From: Hyperthermus butylicus DSM 5456
GTDB taxonomy: Archaea > Thermoproteota > Thermoprotei_A > Sulfolobales > Pyrodictiaceae
NCBI RefSeq assembly: GCF_000015145.1
Contig: NC_008818.1
Coordinates: 210,001 to 242,000 of the forward strand
Direction: 5' to 3'
Length of the DNA stretch: 32,000 nucleotides
The position numbers were made by a program, and so were the translations under genes. Positions 19,219-27,570 of the stretch are shown here, one piece after another; within the stretch, counting starts at the first letter, position 1; each line of letters starts with the position of its first letter. The notes beneath the pieces were generated by a model, which ran no database searches, was not told the origin of the DNA, and saw only the letters and a program-made list of their open reading frames with translations.

Positions 19219-20667
19219 TTATCTGGGTGGTTCTCCTGTGCTAGCAGTAGTGTTTGATACCATGCGCTGCAGTTCTTGCAGCTCCTGCTGTATCTCCTCA
19301 AGAGTCTTTATAACCTCTGCGATGCGGTGCTCAAGCGTATTTATCCTCTCCTCTAGACTCTTAGCAGGGTGTTCCTCTATGGCCATGTGACCCAGAATGG
19401 CTTGGAGAGCGTCTAGGTATGTTATGTGGCGACGTGGCTGTAGCGAAGTAATCTCGCTAGTAGCGGCATTAACTATGTCCACTGCTACCAGGCCACGATA
19501 GTCTTTCGTTGTGACTGTTGCCTTCCAATAGAGTGTTCCATTCAGCATCGTGAGCATGGGCTCCTCTATGCTGAGTTCGCCCCAGTCATAGATGGGATGT
19601 GCCTGCTTTATGTAGCTCTCCACCTTGCTTATCCCGATGACGGGTTCAGGAAACTCGTAGAAGAGTAGCTGGAGCCCTTCCACATGGCTGGCTTCGACGT
19701 AGATGATGTATCTGGTGCTATAGGTCTCGCCGGGCGGCTCGGCTACAAACACCCAGTACAGCCTACTGTCAGCTCCCTGCTCAAGGTAGGGCTGGGGATT
19801 AGTGCCGATGTCACGTATCACGTAGGTGTTATGATGCAGATAGAACTCGATGAGTCCAACACGATACCGGTATGCCTCTACCCAGCTCCTAGCTATAGCC
19901 TCTGGAAGCAGCGGCATGCCCTGGAACCGGGGATCACTTGCAAGCCTATCCTTTTCCACCACCTCTATACCTCCATCCTCGTCTACTACCGCGTAGCCAT
20001 AGAGTATCGGTATGCTGTAGAGGAGGCCCCGCTTCCACGTCACAAGGGGTACTAGGATGTATATCCTCTCCTCGTGGAGTATCTCGATATTGTCCTCGAG
20101 TAGCGGCTTATACCGGAGCCCCGCGGCCAGGACGATGCGGCGTTCAAGAGTATCGAAGAATAATAGCCGAAAGACTTTGCTGTGCAGCCCCCATTCGAGT
20201 GGCTTCTCTACAACCTCAACGTGTGGTGGATACTCGTCACCGTAGACGAACACTACGCCGAGTGGCTTCTTGGTGAGATGGTTCCAGAAGCCCTCCGGCT
20301 CTATTATCCAGTTGTAGACGCTATGGTTGCCCAGGTAGTAGACATAGCTGTCCTCCGAGTACACACGGTGTGTTGGTATTTGGATGCGGCCGCTCGCATA
20401 GGCATAAGCGGTCATCAACGGTATAAAGCACTTCAACCCGTTAACATCTATGGGCTCATCAAGAGACATAACCTCAACATGCCTGCTCGCTGCCACCGGC
20501 GCATAGAGAGAAGCTAAGCCAAGCGCAACAGCCAGCATGGCAGCAGCGGCGACAATATAGGCTACAAGCCTCCTTCTGCCGAGAAGCCGGTAGGCATAAT
20601 TAAGCGCAGCCAGGCCAGCGGTAAACCAGTAGGCAGCCAAGACGGCAAGACTAGCAACACCATACAA
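19219..20667 (-). CDS. Hypothetical membrane-anchored extracytoplasmic protein with C-terminal coiled coil
   Basis: Two N-terminal hydrophobic segments, long beta-rich polar region, C-terminal SLEERINTLEHRIAEVIKTLEEIQQELQELQRM heptads. It overlaps the upstream ORF by 106 nt, so the start may be internal. Confidence 0.65.
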   Translation of the reverse strand: MYGVASLAVLAAYWFTAGLAALNYAYRLLGRRRLVAYIVAAAAMLAVALGLASLYAPVAASRHVEVMSLDEPIDVNGLKCFIPLMTAYAYASGRIQIPTHRVYSEDSYVYYLGNHSVYNWIIEPEGFWNHLTKKPLGVVFVYGDEYPPHVEVVEKPLEWGLHSKVFRLLFFDTLERRIVLAAGLRYKPLLEDNIEILHEERIYILVPLVTWKRGLLYSIPILYGYAVVDEDGGIEVVEKDRLASDPRFQGMPLLPEAIARSWVEAYRYRVGLIEFYLHHNTYVIRDIGTNPQPYLEQGADSRLYWVFVAEPPGETYSTRYIIYVEASHVEGLQLLFYEFPEPVIGISKVESYIKQAHPIYDWGELSIEEPMLTMLNGTLYWKATVTTKDYRGLVAVDIVNAATSEITSLQPRRHITYLDALQAILGHMAIEEHPAKSLEERINTLEHRIAEVIKTLEEIQQELQELQRMVSNTTASTGEPPR

Positions 20668-20960
20668 GCCGAAAGGAAGGCAGCAGCTACAGCAAAACCC
20701 AGAGAAAAGAATACAACCCTGCCAGCAGCCTCACGGAGCGGCTCAACCCTCCAAAAGGTATACAGTAAAACCGCTAAACCAAGCCCAACTAGTAAAAGTC
20801 TAACAGCAAGAACTAGAATGGGCAGGGAGGCGAATGCAACAGCAAGCCCGTGAAGATACAGTACATAGCCTCCGGAAGCGATGGAGCCGAGCAACACCGT
20901 TACCACAGCACCAGCAAAAGCCCAACCACGCCCACTATCCACACCAGGAACCAGCGCCAA
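20562..20960 (-). CDS. Hypothetical small membrane protein (about 4 TM)
   Basis: 132-aa hydrophobic ORF immediately upstream of 19219..20667; alternating TM segments. Confidence 0.5.
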   Translation of the reverse strand: MALVPGVDSGRGWAFAGAVVTVLLGSIASGGYVLYLHGLAVAFASLPILVLAVRLLLVGLGLAVLLYTFWRVEPLREAAGRVVFFSLGFAVAAAFLSACMVLLVLPSWLPTGLPLAWLRLIMPTGFSAEGGL

Positions 20961-21291
20961 CCACTACACCTACATACAACACCCATCAAAATCGGTCTAA
21001 ACACATAAACTTACCCGTATCGGTGAAGTTTCCACATAAAGCATGGTGGCAAGCATGGTGGCCCCTCTAGTGTAACATCATAATACATGCAGGCAACGAG
21101 GATCCTAGTTGTATAGCCTTGCACGCTCATGGCAGGAAGGATGTAGAGCAAGTGATACCAGATTATAGAGAAGGTACAGCTCGTGAAGAGACTACTCGCA
21201 GAGAGAACAGGCATAGGCTAGGCAGGCTCCTGGAGCCCGGTACACACTAAGTGTTGGGCGGTGTTGGCTCCTAGCCTGTGCATCCCTGGGC

Positions 21292-22045
21292 TCATGGCCT
21301 CTCTTTGGCTAGTGCTTCTAGTGCCAAGTGTGCTATGTAGAGGGTCTTTGTCCTCCTGGCAAGGTATTCTGAGACCTGGCCCAGCACCTTCTTGTCGGCT
21401 TTGCCCCTGCGGGCTAGCTCGTAGAGTGGCTCCTCCAGCTTAGGCTGCTCCAGATCTTCGGCCCTCCAGAGCCTCTGCTATGTGTTCGAGCGGCGTGTCT
21501 GCTGGGAGCCCGGCTGCTGGCAGCAATTCCTTTGTCTCGTGGGCCTCCTCTAGTAGTCTCACCAGCCTCTTCATGCCCGCCTTCTTGGCCGCGTCTAGCT
21601 CTACAACCTTTACACCCACAGCTGAGGCGTACATGTTTATCCTCTTAACCTGGTCGTGGGCGAGCGCAAGCGTCGGATAGAGCGCGAGACAACGGTACTC
21701 CCCCGAGAGGCTGCGGCGCAGAAAGTGAAGCAGCCAAGCCTCTGTCTTTCCGGACCCGGTGCCAGATACCAGGACAACATTGTAGCCTCTATTGAGGGCC
21801 TCTAGCGCCTCAGCCTGGTGCCGATAAAGCCTTCATTTGCTGCTAGGCAGGCTCGAGAGCTGGGGCACAACATCCGAGAACCTAGCCTCCACGGTCTCTG
21901 GCTCCGACGGCGGCTCCACGAAGGAGATGTAGGAGTAGCCTAGCCTCTCTAGCAGCTTGGCAGAATCAACGCGAGCCATACCATGGCCTACCACTTTGAG
22001 GCGATCAACCGCCACCCTATTAACCCGCGCTGCACGACGCGTCAA
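21292..22045 (-). pseudogene. N-terminal remnant of a DEAD/DEAH superfamily-2 helicase
   Basis: Reading minus strand through in-frame TGA (21833-21835): ...ARFSDVVPQLSSLPSSK*RLYRHQAEALEALNRGYNVVLVSGTGSGKTEAWLLHFLRRSLSGEYRCLALYPTLALAHDQVKRINMYASAVGV... Q-like motif, motif I (GTGSGKTE), motif Ia-like (YPTLALAHDQ). A frameshift near 21455-21475 continues as RAEDLEQPKLEEPLYELARRGKADKKVLGQVSEYLARRTKTLYIAHLALEALAKERP*. Confidence 0.85.
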
Positions 22046-22307
22046 CGAAGACTGTACAGAGGCATGCTGGGCTTAAGGCTAGCCTCCCGTAAGCTGTCTA
22101 TGATACCTAGGGGGCCTCCTCAAGCTAATCTTGACGGATAGCCAGGCTGTATGGATTCCTACAGCTTCCTATCCACAGCACCTCGAGCTATACGTCAGAC
22201 CTCTCTGATCGTGTTGCTGTATTTTCCGCTTACATAGATCCAATTGTACCGTATGGGTTTGAAGCAGGAAGGGCGGCAGCACTATACTAGCCTCTGGCTG
22301 CCGTGTA

Positions 22308-22970
22308 GTGTACGCGGCGTCTGTTATGGTTGCATTGCGTCGCCGTAGGCTGGGTAGAAGCCAGCCTGTGGGGAGGCGGGGGCCTGGGCCTAGCGAGGAT
22401 TTCCTCAGGGAGGCTAGTGAGGCTGTCCAGCCGATCCACGGGCAGGGCTTCTTCTACGTGGGGTATGGCTACATAGCATATTACATAGTATTTGACTACA
22501 ATGATCCCCTAGGCTACTACGAGGCTGTACTCCGCAATCCCAAGCTCTACGAGGAGGAGACGCTGAAGCTCTACTATGGGATGCAGGAGCTTGTGGATCA
22601 AGAGGAGGTGAAGGTTAACGGGGAGCGTGTCCGCCCCAAAGTAGCTATGGTAGATATCGGGTTTCGAGGGCGCAGCTCAAGAGTCTACATAGTTTTCGCG
22701 CTACGGTTCCGCGCCCCGATAAGGCCGGGGGTTAACGTGTATGAGAACCGCTACGAGCCAGAGCCCATAGAGTACGACTATGAGGCCTACTGGGTGTTCC
22801 CGCCGGGCTCCAGGATCCTAGAAGTGGACATGGGCACGGGAAGCGAGGACTGGGAGATAGTCGATGACAATGTCCTAGCGATCTATGGGAAGCGGGGAGG
22901 CAGAACGGGCGGCTACGAGAAGATAGTCTTCCGCATGCCTGAGAAGCCTATAATGCAGGACGAAGAGTAA
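22308..22970 (+). CDS. Hypothetical protein adjacent to the kinase/VWA/PP2C cluster
   Basis: 220-aa ORF with ordered, acidic/aromatic-rich sequence (QGFFYVGYGYIAYYIVFDYNDPLGYYEAVL..., YWVFPPGSRILEVDMG). The N-terminal Arg-rich section may precede the real start. Confidence 0.6.
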   Translation: MYAASVMVALRRRRLGRSQPVGRRGPGPSEDFLREASEAVQPIHGQGFFYVGYGYIAYYIVFDYNDPLGYYEAVLRNPKLYEEETLKLYYGMQELVDQEEVKVNGERVRPKVAMVDIGFRGRSSRVYIVFALRFRAPIRPGVNVYENRYEPEPIEYDYEAYWVFPPGSRILEVDMGTGSEDWEIVDDNVLAIYGKRGGRTGGYEKIVFRMPEKPIMQDEE

Positions 22971-23005
22971 CAGGCCACAGCTGGACGGGGATGTTGAGCC
23001 AGGGG

Positions 23006-23812
23006 CTAGCCCCTCTCCACGAATATCTCAGCGTCTCTAGCGGGTATCCTCACCCCCTCTAGCAGCGCCTCCCTTCCAAGAAGCATTGTGCCATCATCCC
23101 TCTCTACCACCACTTGGACTCTGCCATTCTCGACGACGGCCTGCACAACCGTCCTGTCGCCCCTGCAGAGTGTGTATATGCGTGCACCTGCTATCTCAGC
23201 AACCTCGAGCACTATGTCGGTGCAGCTCCGGTTAGTGGTCTGTGCTGTCAACCGTTCACCCCTAAGTATTATGGCCACTGCTGTCAGCGGGTTAAAGTAG
23301 TCCCTAAGGTCTAGCCTTGAAATCCTAGCCTCAAGCGCTGCAGGTTTGGCAGGCATCGCTGCAGGTGTTGCAGTAAGTCTCAGTGGTGATGCTGCAGGCT
23401 GTAGGGATGGCCCAGCAGCTGCTGGCGCGGCGGGAGGCCTTGCTGCAGGTGGATGAGCGCCTATAAGCTTGTAGAGGGCCATCACTCCATCTGACAGTAT
23501 GCTCTTCGGCCATGTCTGCAAGTCAATGTTTACCAGCTGGGGTGTGAGCGTTATCAACTCGATCGTGCCACGCTTAGCGCCAAGGAGCTTGGCGAACTCC
23601 TGGAGACACTCGTCACCCTGAAGGAGCCTAGCGCCGATGGCTATACAGCCAGCGCGGCCGTCGCCCGAAACGTCTATCTGGAATATCCTACCGTCCGGCG
23701 TCTTATAGACGAGTCTCCCATTACCCATCCTCAGCAGCTGAGCTATAGCTGCGCGTAGAGGGAACCTGGAAGCATCACTTATCCTCACAACCGGGCCTAT
23801 GGTCGTGTACAT
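23006..23812 (-). CDS. Hypothetical two-domain protein with Pro/Ala-rich linker
   Basis: Two globular-looking halves joined by HPPAARPPAAPAAAGPSLQPAASPLRLTATPAAMPAKPAALEA; co-directional with the upstream cluster. Confidence 0.7.
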   Translation of the reverse strand: MYTTIGPVVRISDASRFPLRAAIAQLLRMGNGRLVYKTPDGRIFQIDVSGDGRAGCIAIGARLLQGDECLQEFAKLLGAKRGTIELITLTPQLVNIDLQTWPKSILSDGVMALYKLIGAHPPAARPPAAPAAAGPSLQPAASPLRLTATPAAMPAKPAALEARISRLDLRDYFNPLTAVAIILRGERLTAQTTNRSCTDIVLEVAEIAGARIYTLCRGDRTVVQAVVENGRVQVVVERDDGTMLLGREALLEGVRIPARDAEIFVERG

Positions 23813-23840
23813 GGCCCGGTTGCACCACTCCAGAACAACT

Positions 23841-24650
23841 CTACTTCTTCGTGAACAACAGTATATAGCTTGCCGCTAGCGGTGCGGCACCAGCCACCGT
23901 AGCCTCTAACAGCGAAAGGCCAGCAATCAGCGATGACAAGTAGTAGGCGGCTGTTATGGCGCCTGCAAGGAGCACCCTTAGCGCGGAGACCGTGAACCCA
24001 ACCCTCTCCTTAGCAGCCTCCGCCAGGGCTGGCCTTGCTGCTGGCGCTGTAGCCTCCTCGAGCCTGTCAACAGCAAGTCTTAGGCTTGTGCCGCAGTTGG
24101 GACACGTCCTGGAGACATTGTAGGCTCCACAGTAGGGGCAGACAGCTGTGCCAAAGGTTAGGCGGCGGCCACAGCTCGGACAAGTGTACGTATAGATCTC
24201 CAGCATGGCGCCACACTTGGGACACTTGAGTGGCCTACCTTCCAGAATCCTGCGTACTGGTTCAAAGAGCGCCGTTGTAGCTCGGGGGTCGCCGAGTATC
24301 GAGATCGTGAAGCCCTCGCCGAGATCGGCTACGAGTAGTGAGCGGCTAGCATAGCCAGCAATCGCCAGCTGTGTCCTGCCGCCGACAGCGCTGTGGCTAG
24401 CAGCCTCGAGGTAGGAGGTTGAGAGCGAGGCTAGCTCGTCGGCATAGATCTGCATTTCCGGGTTCGGAGCGTTAACACTATAGGCTAGGCCCTCGTGTGC
24501 ACCAACCACAAGGTCTACACCATCAACGCCAGCTGCTAGCGTCATAATGCTGGTCAGTTTCTCCTCTGGCGACCCCCCCTTTGGTGGTGAAGTGCTCAAC
24601 ACGCACACCACCCAGCTAGTATAGGTCCTACCAGGGTGGAAGAAAAACAT
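23841..24650 (-). CDS. Roadblock/LC7-like domain + double zinc ribbon + 2 TM protein
   Basis: LTSIMTLAAGVDGVDLVVGAHEGLAYSVN...LLVADLGEGFTISILGDPRATTALFEPVRRIL (Roadblock-like), CPKCGAMLEIYTYTCPSCGRRLTFGTAVCPYCGAYNVSRTCPNCG (four CxxC pairs), then C-terminal hydrophobic hairpin. Confidence 0.75.
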   Translation of the reverse strand: MFFFHPGRTYTSWVVCVLSTSPPKGGSPEEKLTSIMTLAAGVDGVDLVVGAHEGLAYSVNAPNPEMQIYADELASLSTSYLEAASHSAVGGRTQLAIAGYASRSLLVADLGEGFTISILGDPRATTALFEPVRRILEGRPLKCPKCGAMLEIYTYTCPSCGRRLTFGTAVCPYCGAYNVSRTCPNCGTSLRLAVDRLEEATAPAARPALAEAAKERVGFTVSALRVLLAGAITAAYYLSSLIAGLSLLEATVAGAAPLAASYILLFTKK

Positions 24651-24693
24651 GGCTATAAAGCAGTAAGTGCAATGGTAGGGAAGGAGGCGGGGG

Positions 24694-25734
24694 CTAGATT
24701 ATGGATGAGAGCGTGTAGCTAGGCATACTCCTCTTCTCGCCCACATCAACCACAAACACCTGGTAGAATGCAGCAACTATCTCCTCGCCGAGCTTTGACC
24801 AGAGCCCCCTTAGCTCGCGGTACTCGCCGTTATCCAGGAAGCCTAGGTCAGCCATGGACCTGGGGGGCCAGCCGCCGGGATAGCCGTGCTCCCTTTCAGC
24901 ATCAACTACTTGTCTCCAGTGCTGTGCAGTAGCTGAGGGGAGCCCTTGGAACGGGCTAGCCCCAAGGTAGACATAGGCTACGAGCTGGAGTCCATACCAT
25001 GTCGGGGTCCACATAACCCAGGAAAGTAGCTCTCTTGATGTCTTAGCTGGGAGAAGAGTGACGGGTAGCTCTTCAGGATCCGGTGTGCGTAGAGGTATGC
25101 CTAGCTCTGCGAGCGCGTCAACGGGCATGTAGTGCGCATCTCTAGCCGGTATAACCGTGAGCGGATACTCCGGGTCATCCATTATCGCCGCTGTCTCAAT
25201 GTCGAAAAGGTAGACCCACCTTCTCCCATCAACCACCCCGTAGGCAGTATTTGCCGTGGTGATATCGACGTGGATTATGTCAGCGGCTTCGAGGCACGCT
25301 AGGGCTTTAAGTACGTCCTTAGCCATCGCGATGCGCTCGGCCTCACTATTCTCCGCGAGGTAGCTGCGGAGCGTGTCAAAACTGTTAATGATTTCTGCTA
25401 GCGTCCTAAAACCTTGCACGGGCCGGAAAACCAGTACAGCACGGTCACCAAGAGCACCAACGCCAACCGGTATGCCGCGGCCGATAAGGCTTCTGGGCGG
25501 TGTGAGGCCACAGCGGCGGCGTAGGCGGAGTATACGGCGGAGCATCTCAGCTATACGCTCTACAGGCCTGGCTAGAACAGTCTGCTTCTCCGTAAACACC
25601 TTAACGATGTACTCTCTCCCCCTTATCTTGGCCGTGTAAATGTCTGCCTCGCCGCCGCTATCTATGAGGCTCCACTCATCAGTACTTGTCTCCACGACAC
25701 TGCCGTCGTGAAAAACCAGCGGGATAAAGGTCAT
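24694..25734 (-). CDS. Serine/threonine protein kinase-like protein (TerY-P/YegI-like)
   Basis: IDSGGEADIYTAKIRGREYIVKVF (G-loop/VAIK Lys), ADIIHVDITTANTAY (HxDxxxxN), WVYLFDIETAAI (DFG-equivalent DIE). Confidence 0.82.
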   Translation of the reverse strand: MTFIPLVFHDGSVVETSTDEWSLIDSGGEADIYTAKIRGREYIVKVFTEKQTVLARPVERIAEMLRRILRLRRRCGLTPPRSLIGRGIPVGVGALGDRAVLVFRPVQGFRTLAEIINSFDTLRSYLAENSEAERIAMAKDVLKALACLEAADIIHVDITTANTAYGVVDGRRWVYLFDIETAAIMDDPEYPLTVIPARDAHYMPVDALAELGIPLRTPDPEELPVTLLPAKTSRELLSWVMWTPTWYGLQLVAYVYLGASPFQGLPSATAQHWRQVVDAEREHGYPGGWPPRSMADLGFLDNGEYRELRGLWSKLGEEIVAAFYQVFVVDVGEKRSMPSYTLSSII

Positions 25735-25777
25735 CCCGTTGCCAGCACCCCCACTAGGTTGTGGAGCTGTATGGAGT

Positions 25778-26569
25778 CTAAAAAATCGCTGTCTCGCTTA
25801 GCCTCTCAACGAACCTTCTCACAGCCTCTTCCCACTCCCTGGTGATCTTATCGTTCCTTGGCGCGTCAATGAACATCTTCTCGTGGTATGGCGGATCAAC
25901 TAGGTCTATGAGGCCGCGCTCTTCCAGCACCCTTCTCTGAGCCTCCCTTAGGAAGCTCGCAATAGTGCGTAGCGTCTCGCGGTCAGCATCAAGGCCTAGC
26001 GCTATCGTTGCGAGGCCTATGCGGTTCCTCTGGTTTAGAGCCCTAAGCTTCTCCTGCAGCTCCCCCGTAATCCGGTCTGCAACCTCTACAACGTCCTCCG
26101 GAGTCCTCTTAGTCTCCTTGCCGTCGGTAAACATGAACACCGTTACATACTTCTCTGAGGGTATACTAGTGTCTTCGATGTACCTCTCGATAATCATTGC
26201 AGCGTGTTCAAGGGCGTCGGCCATAGCGGTCATGCCGTAAGGGCGGTTCTCCTCCGTGCTCTCCTGGAATACACGGAGTGCTGGATTGTGCTCAGTTACC
26301 GGGAAGTATACGGCGCCACCTCTCTCTACGACTTTCACGTCATCGCTAAACCATACGAAGCCTACGCGGAACGCTGGCGCCATATTGCTACGGGCAAGCC
26401 TCGCTAAGAGCCTTTCCACAAGCTCTACGAGGTGCTCCCACTTGCTCCTATGATCATAGGTTTTTAGCTCGCTCATGCTAAGGGAGCGATCCAGCATGAA
26501 TATAACCAGCACTGTGTAGCTTAGCGGCCTCCGCTTAAGCACCCTCAGCATAGTGCTTGGAATAGCCAC
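25778..26569 (-). CDS. VWA-domain protein with intact MIDAS (TerY-like)
   Basis: VIFMLDRSLSMSE (DxSxS), GMTAMADAL, VTVFMFTDGKE. Confidence 0.88.
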   Translation of the reverse strand: MAIPSTMLRVLKRRPLSYTVLVIFMLDRSLSMSELKTYDHRSKWEHLVELVERLLARLARSNMAPAFRVGFVWFSDDVKVVERGGAVYFPVTEHNPALRVFQESTEENRPYGMTAMADALEHAAMIIERYIEDTSIPSEKYVTVFMFTDGKETKRTPEDVVEVADRITGELQEKLRALNQRNRIGLATIALGLDADRETLRTIASFLREAQRRVLEERGLIDLVDPPYHEKMFIDAPRNDKITREWEEAVRRFVERLSETAIF

Positions 26570-26617
26570 AGCCTCCCACCTTCCCCTACCCAGCTACTAT
26601 CCCATTGGGCCCTGGAT

Positions 26618-27394
26618 TTACCCTCCCTCCCCCGTCTCGGCCTTCCCTGCCTTCTGCAGGATTGTTACCACTGAGAGGCCTCCAGCTATATTGGCGTAGA
26701 CGATGTGGTTGCCTGCCACCAGTGCTAGCCTCTGCGGCGGCTGTATCCCAAGTGTGTCGAGAGCCCTTGAGAGTGCTGTGAGAGCCTCGGATAGCAACTG
26801 GGCAGCCCTTCTGGCAGTATCCTCGGCTATGCCATCAACGGCTATAAGCCTCTTCTCCTCAACATTAACTGTCATAGCCCTAATGTTCCTAGCGCGTAGT
26901 CCTGCTGGTCCAGTGTGTGCCAGGGAGAGCAGGCTGAGAAGATCTACGAAGACATCGCCAAGCCTGCCACCGGGTACCCTTGGCTGTAGTATTGCTGGGA
27001 ACACGCTGACGAGAACAGTAATAATCCTGTTAACTATCCTCGTGAGCGCCTCGCCGCCATACTCCTCTAGCAGCCTACCCTCAGCCTCAGCCTCAACGTA
27101 GACCCTGCACGCTGAGCCGCGGGGGGTAACGGTTACAGCTACATAGCCCTTAGCGTCGCCACTGAGGTGGAACTGTAACCTCTCCGGCTCCTTCTCCGCC
27201 GAAACCTCTAGCCTTAACCTCTTATACCTGGGCGACGCAAATGAGAGGACTATGGCTCCGCGTTTTTCACCCTTCTCCAGGAGCCTGCCGGCACCCTCGA
27301 AGAACTCTGCATAATTCTTAGACGCTAGCGTCTGTAGCACCTGGTCACAAGAGGCGTGTACGTCTAGCACAGCTTCTCTCCGAACCAGTGGCAA
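26618..27394 (-). CDS. SRPBCC/CoxG-like domain with a possible Roadblock/LC7-like C-terminal domain
   Basis: N-terminus REAVLDVHASCDQVLQTLASKN...GYVAVTVTPRGSACRVYVEAEAEG; C-terminus EKRLIAVDGIAEDTARRAAQLLSEALTALSRALDTLGIQPPQRLALVAGNHIVYANIAGGLSVVTIL. Assignments by pattern only. Confidence 0.55.
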   Translation of the reverse strand: MPLVRREAVLDVHASCDQVLQTLASKNYAEFFEGAGRLLEKGEKRGAIVLSFASPRYKRLRLEVSAEKEPERLQFHLSGDAKGYVAVTVTPRGSACRVYVEAEAEGRLLEEYGGEALTRIVNRIITVLVSVFPAILQPRVPGGRLGDVFVDLLSLLSLAHTGPAGLRARNIRAMTVNVEEKRLIAVDGIAEDTARRAAQLLSEALTALSRALDTLGIQPPQRLALVAGNHIVYANIAGGLSVVTILQKAGKAETGEGG

Positions 27395-27570
27395 GGCTGC
27401 CCTACGCCCACACTAAACCCTACAGGAGTCGCTACTACTAAAAGATGTGTATTGGCTCCAGCATCCCGAGCCGGCAGGGATGAAGCTCTAGCTGCAAAAC
27501 CGTTAACCCCTCACACCCGGTGTAATTCTGTCCCCGGGTTTCCCAAACGGGGCCTAGTAACAGCTCATAG

